The translations under genes were made by a program, and so were the position numbers. From a virus (taxonomy: Duplodnaviria > Caudoviricetes), in the IMG/VR virus record IMGVR_UViG_3300022074_000030, positions 2,077 through 66,076 of that record: a stretch of 64,000 nucleotides of DNA; one strand, 5' to 3'. Within the stretch, counting starts at the first letter, position 1; every line of letters begins with the position of its first letter. The notes under the pieces were generated by a model, which was not told the DNA's origin, searched no databases, and saw nothing but the letters and a program-made list of their open reading frames with translations. Shown one piece after another: positions 57,177 through 64,000 of the stretch.

Positions 57177-58405
57177 TAGTTCCTCCCCGGCTTGTCCCAT
57201 CCTTTTATAATTTCTGGTGAAAAGTTGGCATATGAGAATTCCATACGATCAACTATTTTCACTGCATCACCACCAAGTTTGTCAATGGCCACATACCCTT
57301 CTTGACCCGTTACCTTATACCCATCGCGAGTCTTAAGAAACGTTTGCGCGCCATTTAACTTATTAAGTATATTTATAATTTTTAATTTTGCTAGAACTAT
57401 AGATTTTTGTAATTCAAACATCATTTCTAAACTTATTTTATTTTGTGGTGAAAAGAATTTAAGTATATCGTTTAATTTTTGTACTTGAGCTGATTTACCT
57501 TTTTCGCTCTTTCTACTATCTATCTCTTTTTGAAACTTCAATTTTATGTGTGATATTAACTTCGTAACGTGGGATCTGGTGTTACCAATGACTTCACCTT
57601 TTCGTACAAATGTATTATTAAACGTTTCAATAAGTTGAGCAAGCTTTTCGTTATTTTCGAGAGTACGTAAGGTAGTACTAGAAATTTTATTAAAAATTTT
57701 GCCAGCATTGCTAAGATGTGCATTGACTTCCTCCGTATCTTTTTTAGTCATAGTAAATTGAGTCATATCTCTAAGCATTGCATCTTGTGACCAAACATTT
57801 TTAGTATTCTTAAACTTTGTAGTATCTACACCGTATGATGCTTTCATAGTTTCAAATGTTTTACCTGTATATGTAGTATGCCATACTATACCAATTTTTG
57901 CAGCCTTAACTTTTTTAGCAGCTTCAGTTCCAGCAGGTACTGCATATACTATTGTATTGGGATGAAAGGTAACATAAGGTTTACCTTTTAGTTTTTTAGT
58001 TTTAACATCGCTTGAATCAAATAAGAAGTCACCTTGTACTACTCCTTTGATACCGAGTTCCGGTAAATACTGAAGAGCTTTTTTTAGTTTAGCATTAAGA
58101 TCACCGCCAGTGTCGTCGTCAATGTCAGAATTAGTTTTATATACCTTTGGCGTGGCGTTGAAGATGCCTTTCTTAGCGACAAAAAATTTACCGTCACGAG
58201 GATCAGTACCAGCGAAAACAGCGGGTGCACCGTCCCACTTAACACTAACGTTTCCATCTTTAACTCCTGCTAACATGTCTCTCAATGAACGTAACGCAAG
58301 TATAGCTTGCCTTGTTCCATCAACACCGCCGTATAGAACCTTGTCCTCGATGTGAGTCATGTGTGTATTCTTTTGTTCTGATATATATTCTTTAAAATTA
58401 ATCAT
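57176..58405 (-). CDS. DUF6267-like protein with ATP-dependent ligase-type motifs
   Basis: KNTHMTHIED, VKWDGAPA (KxDG), QGDFLF, EGYV, VKIVDR.EFS; N-terminus MINFKEYISE. Confidence 0.7.
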   Translation of the reverse strand: MINFKEYISEQKNTHMTHIEDKVLYGGVDGTRQAILALRSLRDMLAGVKDGNVSVKWDGAPAVFAGTDPRDGKFFVAKKGIFNATPKVYKTNSDIDDDTGGDLNAKLKKALQYLPELGIKGVVQGDFLFDSSDVKTKKLKGKPYVTFHPNTIVYAVPAGTEAAKKVKAAKIGIVWHTTYTGKTFETMKASYGVDTTKFKNTKNVWSQDAMLRDMTQFTMTKKDTEEVNAHLSNAGKIFNKISSTTLRTLENNEKLAQLIETFNNTFVRKGEVIGNTRSHVTKLISHIKLKFQKEIDSRKSEKGKSAQVQKLNDILKFFSPQNKISLEMMFELQKSIVLAKLKIINILNKLNGAQTFLKTRDGYKVTGQEGYVAIDKLGGDAVKIVDRMEFSYANFSPEIIKGWDKPGRN

Positions 58406-59832
58406 TATACGTATGCCTTTATATAAACTGAAGAATCTTCAGTTTGTGATGCTGCAATATTAAATACGTTTGTAGCAAAATTATTTCTTGCAGAACTATT
58501 TGCTTTCATAATAGCATCACAAACATATGTTGTTGCTAACTTTGAATGAACATCTGCTGCTTTTCTAGTTTTTGGATAGTCATAAAAATCTACTTCTTTT
58601 ATATTAGTATCTGCTCTCTGTACTGCACTCCAAAAGTTTTTTGTTTCAGCACCGATTTTTCCTGTAGATAACTGCGTATGAATTTTTCTAGCATCCATTG
58701 CTAACTTTTGGTTGTCAGGTAAATTTCTTGCTCTTAAAAATTCTTTTGCAGCAAATCTAATTTGATCATAACCAACTTTACCACCTCTTGCGGTTTTACC
58801 GCCAATTTCCATATTCACTGCAGTGAAATCACTGAATGATCTAAAATCGAGTTCTTGTCCATCAATGTAAACTGTTGCACTTTTACTTGACCAAAATGTT
58901 TTCTTTGCTAGTACAAGTTTATTAAACTTTCTTTGTTTTTCTGGTAACCTATCTAAATTATATACGTCTAATTTTATTTTACCATCAAGTTTAAATTCCG
59001 GAACTAACTTAAGAGATATAGGAACGATATCACGATCTCTAAAAGCTTTAGATAAACTTATATTTAATGAAGCAACTGAATGGCTTTGCAATACTTTACT
59101 AACATCGACATTTCTTTTAATTGCATAAATATCTCCAGGATTCCACTTATCATTACTTAACCCAGGTCTTCCTTCAGATTTATAAGCTGCAGCTTTCAGA
59201 TTATAAATTTCTTTCATTTTAGTTTTACCACGATATAAAATATGATCTTTATTTACGTATCCTTTTTGAATTAATTTTTTACCTATCATATAACCTGATC
59301 TATGCCATTGTGGATGATCATCAGTTAACTTAAGAAGAAGATCGAATTTTGTATCAACGTCAACGTCTCTATAAGCATCTTCCATTACACTCTTTTGCGT
59401 ATAAAATTCATAAGGTTTATTTGTTCCATTTTTTATAAGTGCTGCTAACATAACACATTGTAAAGATTCGCCTTCAGATGTTTTACCTGATTCTCCACCG
59501 CCTTTACCTTTACCACCAAAATATGTTGACTTTGCTATCTTAGGCAATTCTATTTTGCCTATATCAGTATCAACTTCTATAGAAGGTAATTGCTTAACTA
59601 GTTTAATATCTTTTTGAACTGCAGCTTTGTAATCATTAATGATTTTTTTATTATCACTAGTATTTTTAATAATAAATTCTTTTTGGTCTGGAGATCTAAT
59701 AAGTTTTATTTTTCCAATAGCTGACATCACTAAATCGAATCTTTCGGGTCTATCACGCCAACCAGAATTATCAAGTGCGTTAAACCCCATGCGCTCCTCC
59801 AAGTATCTCATGTATGATTTGAATTTTAACAT
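58405..59832 (-). CDS. Putative PD-(D/E)XK-like nuclease
   Basis: ESLQC, DKWNPGDIY, PISLK; N-terminus MLKFKSYMRYLEE. Confidence 0.5.
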   Translation of the reverse strand: MLKFKSYMRYLEERMGFNALDNSGWRDRPERFDLVMSAIGKIKLIRSPDQKEFIIKNTSDNKKIINDYKAAVQKDIKLVKQLPSIEVDTDIGKIELPKIAKSTYFGGKGKGGGESGKTSEGESLQCVMLAALIKNGTNKPYEFYTQKSVMEDAYRDVDVDTKFDLLLKLTDDHPQWHRSGYMIGKKLIQKGYVNKDHILYRGKTKMKEIYNLKAAAYKSEGRPGLSNDKWNPGDIYAIKRNVDVSKVLQSHSVASLNISLSKAFRDRDIVPISLKLVPEFKLDGKIKLDVYNLDRLPEKQRKFNKLVLAKKTFWSSKSATVYIDGQELDFRSFSDFTAVNMEIGGKTARGGKVGYDQIRFAAKEFLRARNLPDNQKLAMDARKIHTQLSTGKIGAETKNFWSAVQRADTNIKEVDFYDYPKTRKAADVHSKLATTYVCDAIMKANSSARNNFATNVFNIAASQTEDSSVYIKAYV

Positions 59833-59837
59833 GATTC

Positions 59838-59845
59838 TATTTATA
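59838..59845 (-). promoter_or_regulatory. T4-type late promoter TATAAATA
   Basis: Exact consensus immediately upstream of ATG 59832. Confidence 0.8.
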
Positions 59846-59859
59846 ATAGTTTACAACTT

Positions 59860-59892
59860 AAAAAAGCGCCTCAGACTCGCATTGAGGCGCTT
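59860..59892 (-). terminator. Rho-independent terminator
   Basis: AAGCGCCTCA/TGAGGCGCTT stem followed by a T run on the minus strand. Confidence 0.85.
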
Positions 59893-59915
59893 CTTATCAC
59901 CGAAAGGAGGGTGAA

Positions 59916-60383
59916 TTAAAATCTTCCGAGAAATCTTGCGATGTGATGTACCCAAGGTAAGAGCATTACTGCCATAAAGAGATTTGCACCACTATGAGCT
60001 ATAGCTATTCGTAGCGTATCACCTTTTGGCATGCCGTCTGATACAAAGAAACCTGCGAGCCATATAGTACCAGTAGTTCCTATGTTTGCTCCAAGAACTG
60101 CGGCAATGGCTGCTGGTAGTGGGAGAGCTCCACTTGCAACAAGAGCTATGATTGCAGTGGTAGATAATGATGAAGATTGCCAGAGCAGTGTCATAACAAT
60201 TCCACCTATAAACATATAAATCGGATTACCTAAAAAGAAGTTTAAGTGTTCTAAGTTTCCCATGGATTTCATTCCACCGGAAAACATTTTAAGACCTATA
60301 TAAAAAACTATAAGTCCAACAAGCGCCGTTATAACGGGATTACCTAGTTCCATCTTACATACCTTTTTAATTAATTCGTTCAT
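59916..60383 (-). CDS. Na+/phosphate cotransporter family protein, single repeat
   Basis: GLKMFS.GMK, WQSSS, VLGANIGTT, AIAH; hydrophobic helices. Confidence 0.8.
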   Translation of the reverse strand: MNELIKKVCKMELGNPVITALVGLIVFYIGLKMFSGGMKSMGNLEHLNFFLGNPIYMFIGGIVMTLLWQSSSLSTTAIIALVASGALPLPAAIAAVLGANIGTTGTIWLAGFFVSDGMPKGDTLRIAIAHSGANLFMAVMLLPWVHHIARFLGRF

Positions 60384-60394
60384 ACTAATATGTA

Positions 60395-60553
60395 TTACTT
60401 GCGTCTATCTCGGTATGTTACACTTTTATTAAACTTTTTTCTATGAGAAGATTTTTTTCTATCTTCTGCACGGTATTGTGGATCATAGTGTTCGTATCCG
60501 CGGATACCATTCTCTTTAGCCCAAGCAGCAATCATTTCTGGTCTATGTTTCAT
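60395..60553 (-). CDS. 52-aa basic hypothetical protein
   Basis: Hand translation MKHRPEMIAAWAKENGIRGYEHYDP...; fills the gap. Confidence 0.55.
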   Translation of the reverse strand: MKHRPEMIAAWAKENGIRGYEHYDPQYRAEDRKKSSHRKKFNKSVTYRDRRK

Positions 60554-60558
60554 TCTAC

Positions 60559-60966
60559 TCATTTTTGAAACCTGACTGTATACGTTTTTCCTTCGTACTG
60601 GAAAGTGATTGACGAATGAGAGTAGACTGTTCGAGACTCTTCCTTATAACGCGTTTGATTCCTGCAGTATCTCTTAACACCGCCACTAGCGCTACTATTT
60701 GAATGACCAAGCATGCCACCAATAATAGCTCCGATTGCACCACCATCTTTTTCTCCTTTGATGTTGTTACCTAATATTCCACCGATAATTGCTCCGGCAA
60801 GAGCATCTCCGGTCTTGTCACCCGATGTGACTTGATCTCTACAAACTTCAACTGTATAAGGTGTTTGACTTATGACAGACTTATAGTGATCTCGTACTTG
60901 ATTAGCGTATGCAGAACCTGTAAAAAATACTAAGCTTGCACATGCAATATACGTTAATCTATTCAT
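60559..60966 (-). CDS. Glycine-zipper 2TM envelope protein with signal peptide
   Basis: GAIIGGILGNNI..GAIIGGMLG; AYA signal-peptidase-like site. Confidence 0.75.
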   Translation of the reverse strand: MNRLTYIACASLVFFTGSAYANQVRDHYKSVISQTPYTVEVCRDQVTSGDKTGDALAGAIIGGILGNNIKGEKDGGAIGAIIGGMLGHSNSSASGGVKRYCRNQTRYKEESRTVYSHSSITFQYEGKTYTVRFQK

Positions 60967-61193
60967 AATTGGTTTATCTCCTTCAACTGATCTACTAAAC
61001 TTTTTGACTCTTTAGGATTTTCTTTAAGTTGTAAACGAGCTGCATACAATCTTTCAAGTCTTTTCTTTACTGACTTGACTTTTTTGGATTTACTTTCCCA
61101 AAAATTAATTTCATTTAATACTCTATCCATTCCCATTGACATGGCTAGAGTATCTCTAACTACGCTTCTTCCTATCACTTCTTTAACTTCCAT
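60963..61193 (-). CDS. Hypothetical protein
   Basis: ORF overlapping neighbours in the same operon. Confidence 0.55.
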   Translation of the reverse strand: MEVKEVIGRSVVRDTLAMSMGMDRVLNEINFWESKSKKVKSVKKRLERLYAARLQLKENPKESKSLVDQLKEINQL

Positions 61194-61363
61194 AAAATAT
61201 ATTCTTCACCATTAGATTTCATGGTGATTGCAGGAACACCCGATGCTTTTGTCTTACCGACGTATTCCCATTCGTAGCCTTCTTTCATTTGAGAGTTGGC
61301 TGTGTTTCTAAAATCTTGAGTGTCCATACTGAACATACCAAGAACTAGTGCGATAATACCCAT
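61175..61363 (-). CDS. Small hypothetical protein
   Basis: GGAGG RBS; hydrophobic N-terminus. Confidence 0.55.
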   Translation of the reverse strand: MGIIALVLGMFSMDTQDFRNTANSQMKEGYEWEYVGKTKASGVPAITMKSNGEEYILWKLKK

Positions 61364-61391
61364 ATTTTCCTCCTAAGGTAAGAGAAGTAGC

Positions 61392-62351
61392 CTAAGCTAC
61401 TTCCGCAAATTTTAATGCTGTATTAAGAGCATTTCTTTTTTTAATTTGGTTTCCACCAAACCATGATGAGTAAAGTCTGTTGTCAGAATTTCTACCTTGT
61501 AGATGATCTGTAACATACGTTACTGAATTAAATGCCTGCCACCAAGAACCTTCAGCAAACTTTGCGCCAGGTTGTTGCTCTAATGCATCATAACATGCAA
61601 TGGCATTCTTGGAAAGAGTTTCCATAGAAAGAGATTTATTTTGTACTCTCTTATCCGCAGTTCTTGGATAAACTGTATTGTAGAACTCAATAAGAGAATC
61701 AATGTTGTATCTCTTAGAACCAAGAAACTCAGCCATTTCTTTATAAGTCTTCAACTTATCGGAAGCGATGCCAAGAGCTTTCTTAACTTCGTTTGCGTTG
61801 AATTCAACTCTATGGCCGACTTTTACAGACCTTTGAGCCTGTGCCTCGAGTGAAAGTGAAAGTGTATTGTTACATACAACTCTGATTGGTGTAAATCTAA
61901 TATCGATAGACTTACCATATAAGTGAGGGTTTGAGAAAAGCAAGTAAGACTCAACTTTATCACCGCCGAAGATATCAAATGACTCTTTGACTTTAGCCAA
62001 AGCCCATACCATCTGTCCGCCTTTCAATGAACCTGCTGTATGCATTTCCATATCACCGGCGAGAACATACTCTGAAAAGAATTCAAAAGCTTGTTCGTTC
62101 TGAACTGGATTCCAGATCTGACCGATGTTAGTCAAGACTTTATCGTCTGAACTTCTTACTAAGGCTTTCATGCCTGTAGCAACTTTCTTACCGTTTGGTA
62201 GAGTTGCGTATGAATCAATCTGATCGACCGTCCAGTCAAGACCAGCTTTCTTCATCATTTGGTTCGGTGTAAGATCGTTGCTGACTTCTACACCTAGGCC
62301 GTGCCACGGTACTTCACCTGCATACGCCATTGTTTCAACTTGATGTGCCAT
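61392..62351 (-). CDS. DUF932 / TIGR03299-like protein
   Basis: MAH.VETMAY..PWHGLG, AGLDW, PVQN..AF.F, TPIRVVCNNTL, W.AFN.VT. Confidence 0.85.
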   Translation of the reverse strand: MAHQVETMAYAGEVPWHGLGVEVSNDLTPNQMMKKAGLDWTVDQIDSYATLPNGKKVATGMKALVRSSDDKVLTNIGQIWNPVQNEQAFEFFSEYVLAGDMEMHTAGSLKGGQMVWALAKVKESFDIFGGDKVESYLLFSNPHLYGKSIDIRFTPIRVVCNNTLSLSLEAQAQRSVKVGHRVEFNANEVKKALGIASDKLKTYKEMAEFLGSKRYNIDSLIEFYNTVYPRTADKRVQNKSLSMETLSKNAIACYDALEQQPGAKFAEGSWWQAFNSVTYVTDHLQGRNSDNRLYSSWFGGNQIKKRNALNTALKFAEVA

Positions 62352-62369
62352 AATATATTCCTCCTAAGG

Positions 62370-62492
62370 CTATTGATTTGAATTTGTTTCGATACAACCG
62401 GGTGCAAGACCTTCGGTAGTACATGGATCTTCGATTGCGCCAATAATCATGACACAAGCGAAAAGAATAAAGATTGTTGCTAACATTTTCAT
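62370..62492 (-). CDS. 40-aa membrane or secreted peptide
   Basis: Hand translation MKMLATIFILFACVMIIGAIEDPCTTEGLAPGCIETNSNQ; GGGAG RBS. Confidence 0.55.
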   Translation of the reverse strand: MKMLATIFILFACVMIIGAIEDPCTTEGLAPGCIETNSNQ

Positions 62493-62527
62493 AATAAAAT
62501 AAACTCCCTTTTTAATTTTATAGTACT

Positions 62528-62580
62528 ATTATACCACAGTTTTTCTAAGATGTAAAGGAAAAAATGCATTTAATTTAAAA
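62528..62580 (-). promoter_or_regulatory. Early sigma70-type promoter
   Basis: TTTACA-17 bp-TATAAT, TG extension. Confidence 0.85.
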
Positions 62581-62701
62581 ATTTTTCAATTATTTCTTTA
62601 AAGAATACGAAAGCACCGTAGCAATAAATTGCTACGATTACTGTCTTTAAAGTTTTATTCATGGAATCGTCGGCCGCGTAAACCCAGTGATGGTATTTCA
62701 T
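62570..62701 (-). CDS. 43-aa membrane peptide
   Basis: Hand translation MKYHHWVYAADDSMNKTLKTVIVAIYCYGAFVFFKEIIEKFLN; TAATG coupling with GGAGG upstream. Confidence 0.5.
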   Translation of the reverse strand: MKYHHWVYAADDSMNKTLKTVIVAIYCYGAFVFFKEIIEKFLN

Positions 62702-62997
62702 TACGCTACCTCCTTAAAACCAATTCTTGCAACTTCAAACTTTGTAGCCGCTCCGTCAGCATCGAATACAGTAAACTCATCTCCAACCATTGAGCTGCGA
62801 AGAGGTGTACCATCAAAGTTGTGATGGCATACTGTTACGCCGGCTGCTGGCTTTTCGGACCAAGAACAAAAAACATTTTGTGTTTTACCGAAGGCATCTT
62901 CCAAGGCACGTTGAGTATCAGTATGTTCGGATACTATCGATGCGGCTGAGTAAGGAACTGCACCGTAATTATTTTTAAAGGTAATTGAAACTATCAT
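62701..62997 (-). CDS. Early hypothetical protein
   Basis: LE.AF..TQN...SW, LRSSMVGD, V...GF motif; RBS and promoter. Confidence 0.65.
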   Translation of the reverse strand: MIVSITFKNNYGAVPYSAASIVSEHTDTQRALEDAFGKTQNVFCSWSEKPAAGVTVCHHNFDGTPLRSSMVGDEFTVFDADGAATKFEVARIGFKEVA

Positions 62998-63042
62998 TAT
63001 ATAAACTCCCGTTAAATAGTTAATTTTTTATTTTATAGTACT

Positions 63043-63090
63043 ATTATACCACACTTTTAACTTAATGTAAAGGAAAAAATGCATTTAATT
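63043..63090 (-). promoter_or_regulatory. Early sigma70-type promoter
   Basis: TTTACA-17 bp-TATAAT, TG extension. Confidence 0.85.
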
Positions 63091-63300
63091 TGAAATTAAT
63101 TTCTGTATAGCTTCGAAAGCTTCCCAAGTTTTATCTTTCTCAGCTTGACTTAATTCATGAGATACAGAAACATTCCATAAAGGTCGATCTTTCAAAAAGA
63201 TTTCAATATCGGATTTTATCATACCGAGTGCGTGCTTCGCATCTTTACATTCGCATACGTGTACAAGCTCATTCAGATCGTCATATAGTTTTACAAACAT
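63085..63300 (-). CDS. Early hypothetical protein
   Basis: ORF with AGGAG RBS. Confidence 0.55.
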   Translation of the reverse strand: MFVKLYDDLNELVHVCECKDAKHALGMIKSDIEIFLKDRPLWNVSVSHELSQAEKDKTWEAFEAIQKLISN

Positions 63301-63309
63301 CGGCGACTC

Positions 63310-63531
63310 CTAAACTAAGTTAGGAAGCTTGGGCCAGTCTTCGCCCTTGCCGTTGATGCCCATCTTTTTGTCAAGGTGAGCGCATACGAGTTCGAGCATG
63401 AAAGCCGGATGATCGGTGCAGTATAAGTCAAAAGCGATCAAGCCTACAATACCGTCATATACGAAATCATCGACCTGATGAGTCTCCATATAGTGTTCGA
63501 TTGCATTGCGTTCGGTGGTAATATTAAACAT
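63310..63531 (-). CDS. Early hypothetical protein
   Basis: ORF with GGGAG RBS behind a promoter. Confidence 0.55.
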   Translation of the reverse strand: MFNITTERNAIEHYMETHQVDDFVYDGIVGLIAFDLYCTDHPAFMLELVCAHLDKKMGINGKGEDWPKLPNLV

Positions 63532-63562
63532 AGATTTTTCTCCCTTTAAAAAAATATAATTT

Positions 63563-63600
63563 ATTATACCATAGTTTTCCGTGTTTGTAAAGGTTTTTTT
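63563..63600 (-). promoter_or_regulatory. Early sigma70-type promoter
   Basis: TTTACA-17 bp-TATAAT, TG extension. Confidence 0.8.
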
Positions 63601-63646
63601 TCATTTAAGTCGCATTTTTTTCGCAGAAATTTTTTTTATACTTCCG

Positions 63647-63925
63647 TTACAGATAGTAGGGATCCACAGTCGAGTTCGGATCTTCCACACCCTTGACCGC
63701 GGTGACTTCCTTGACGTAGTACGTGAGCATGTTCTCGATACCCATATGTAGTGTCTGAGAAGACATGGCACATCCACTACATGCACCGGTCATGAAGATG
63801 GTGGCCACACCGTCCTCGAATGACTGGAGAGACACGGATCCCCCGTGCATATTGACGGAGGGTTGTACGTAGTCTTCCAGTATCTGGTTGATGTCGGCCA
63901 TGATTTCTTCGTTTGATCTCAGCAT
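63647..63925 (-). CDS. NifU/NfuA C-terminal domain Fe-S carrier protein
   Basis: V.P....HGG.V, GACSGC.MS..TL..GIE. Confidence 0.85.
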   Translation of the reverse strand: MLRSNEEIMADINQILEDYVQPSVNMHGGSVSLQSFEDGVATIFMTGACSGCAMSSQTLHMGIENMLTYYVKEVTAVKGVEDPNSTVDPYYL

Positions 63926-64000
63926 CCTTGATTCAGCACTCCGTGACTCGGTACGGTATCATCATCTTTATTGATCCACTTCGGACTGATATCATAGTAC

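Noticed and set aside
6690-57377. Intragenic TATAAATA matches at 6690, 15072 and 57370 (minus strand)
   Set aside because: They could be internal late promoters, but such matches are expected by chance in AT-rich DNA, so they were not listed as features.
1-64000. tRNA or rRNA genes
   Set aside because: No cloverleaf or T-loop signatures were seen in the few intergenic gaps; tRNAscan-SE would confirm.

Overview
This 64 kb window is an AT-rich segment of a T4-like (Tevenvirinae/Kyanoviridae-style) myovirus genome, probably marine and infecting a diderm host. From left to right it holds: (1) an array of short tail-fibre, adaptor and chaperone genes plus a 1896-aa repeat-rich fibre (1-15 kb); (2) a baseplate and tail module (split VrlC-like pair, gp8, gp9-like, gp7, gp6, gp25, multi-gene gp5 locus, gp27-like, gp53, gp48, gp4, gp2, tube-like, gp26/gp51, gp29; 15-39.5 kb); (3) gp32, gp33, small early genes, a GIY-YIG nuclease and a class II ribonucleotide reductase (39.5-47 kb); (4) a ~13 kb late operon of basic proteins, many with T4 capsid-targeting-like N-termini, including a nuclease-like, a ligase-like and a HIGH-nucleotidyltransferase protein and ending in a spanin pair (47-59.8 kb); (5) early genes behind repeated sigma70-type promoters, including a half Na/Pi cotransporter and a GC-rich NfuA-like gene (59.9-64 kb). 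The best candidates for undescribed biology are the capsid-targeted enzyme/polyprotein payload operon, strong Asp-Ser enrichment confined to virion stalk and adaptor proteins, a UUUUUUA -1 frameshift that would fuse gp26 to gp51, and the modular mini-fibre array. All calls come from motif recognition and synteny by eye; no searches were run.
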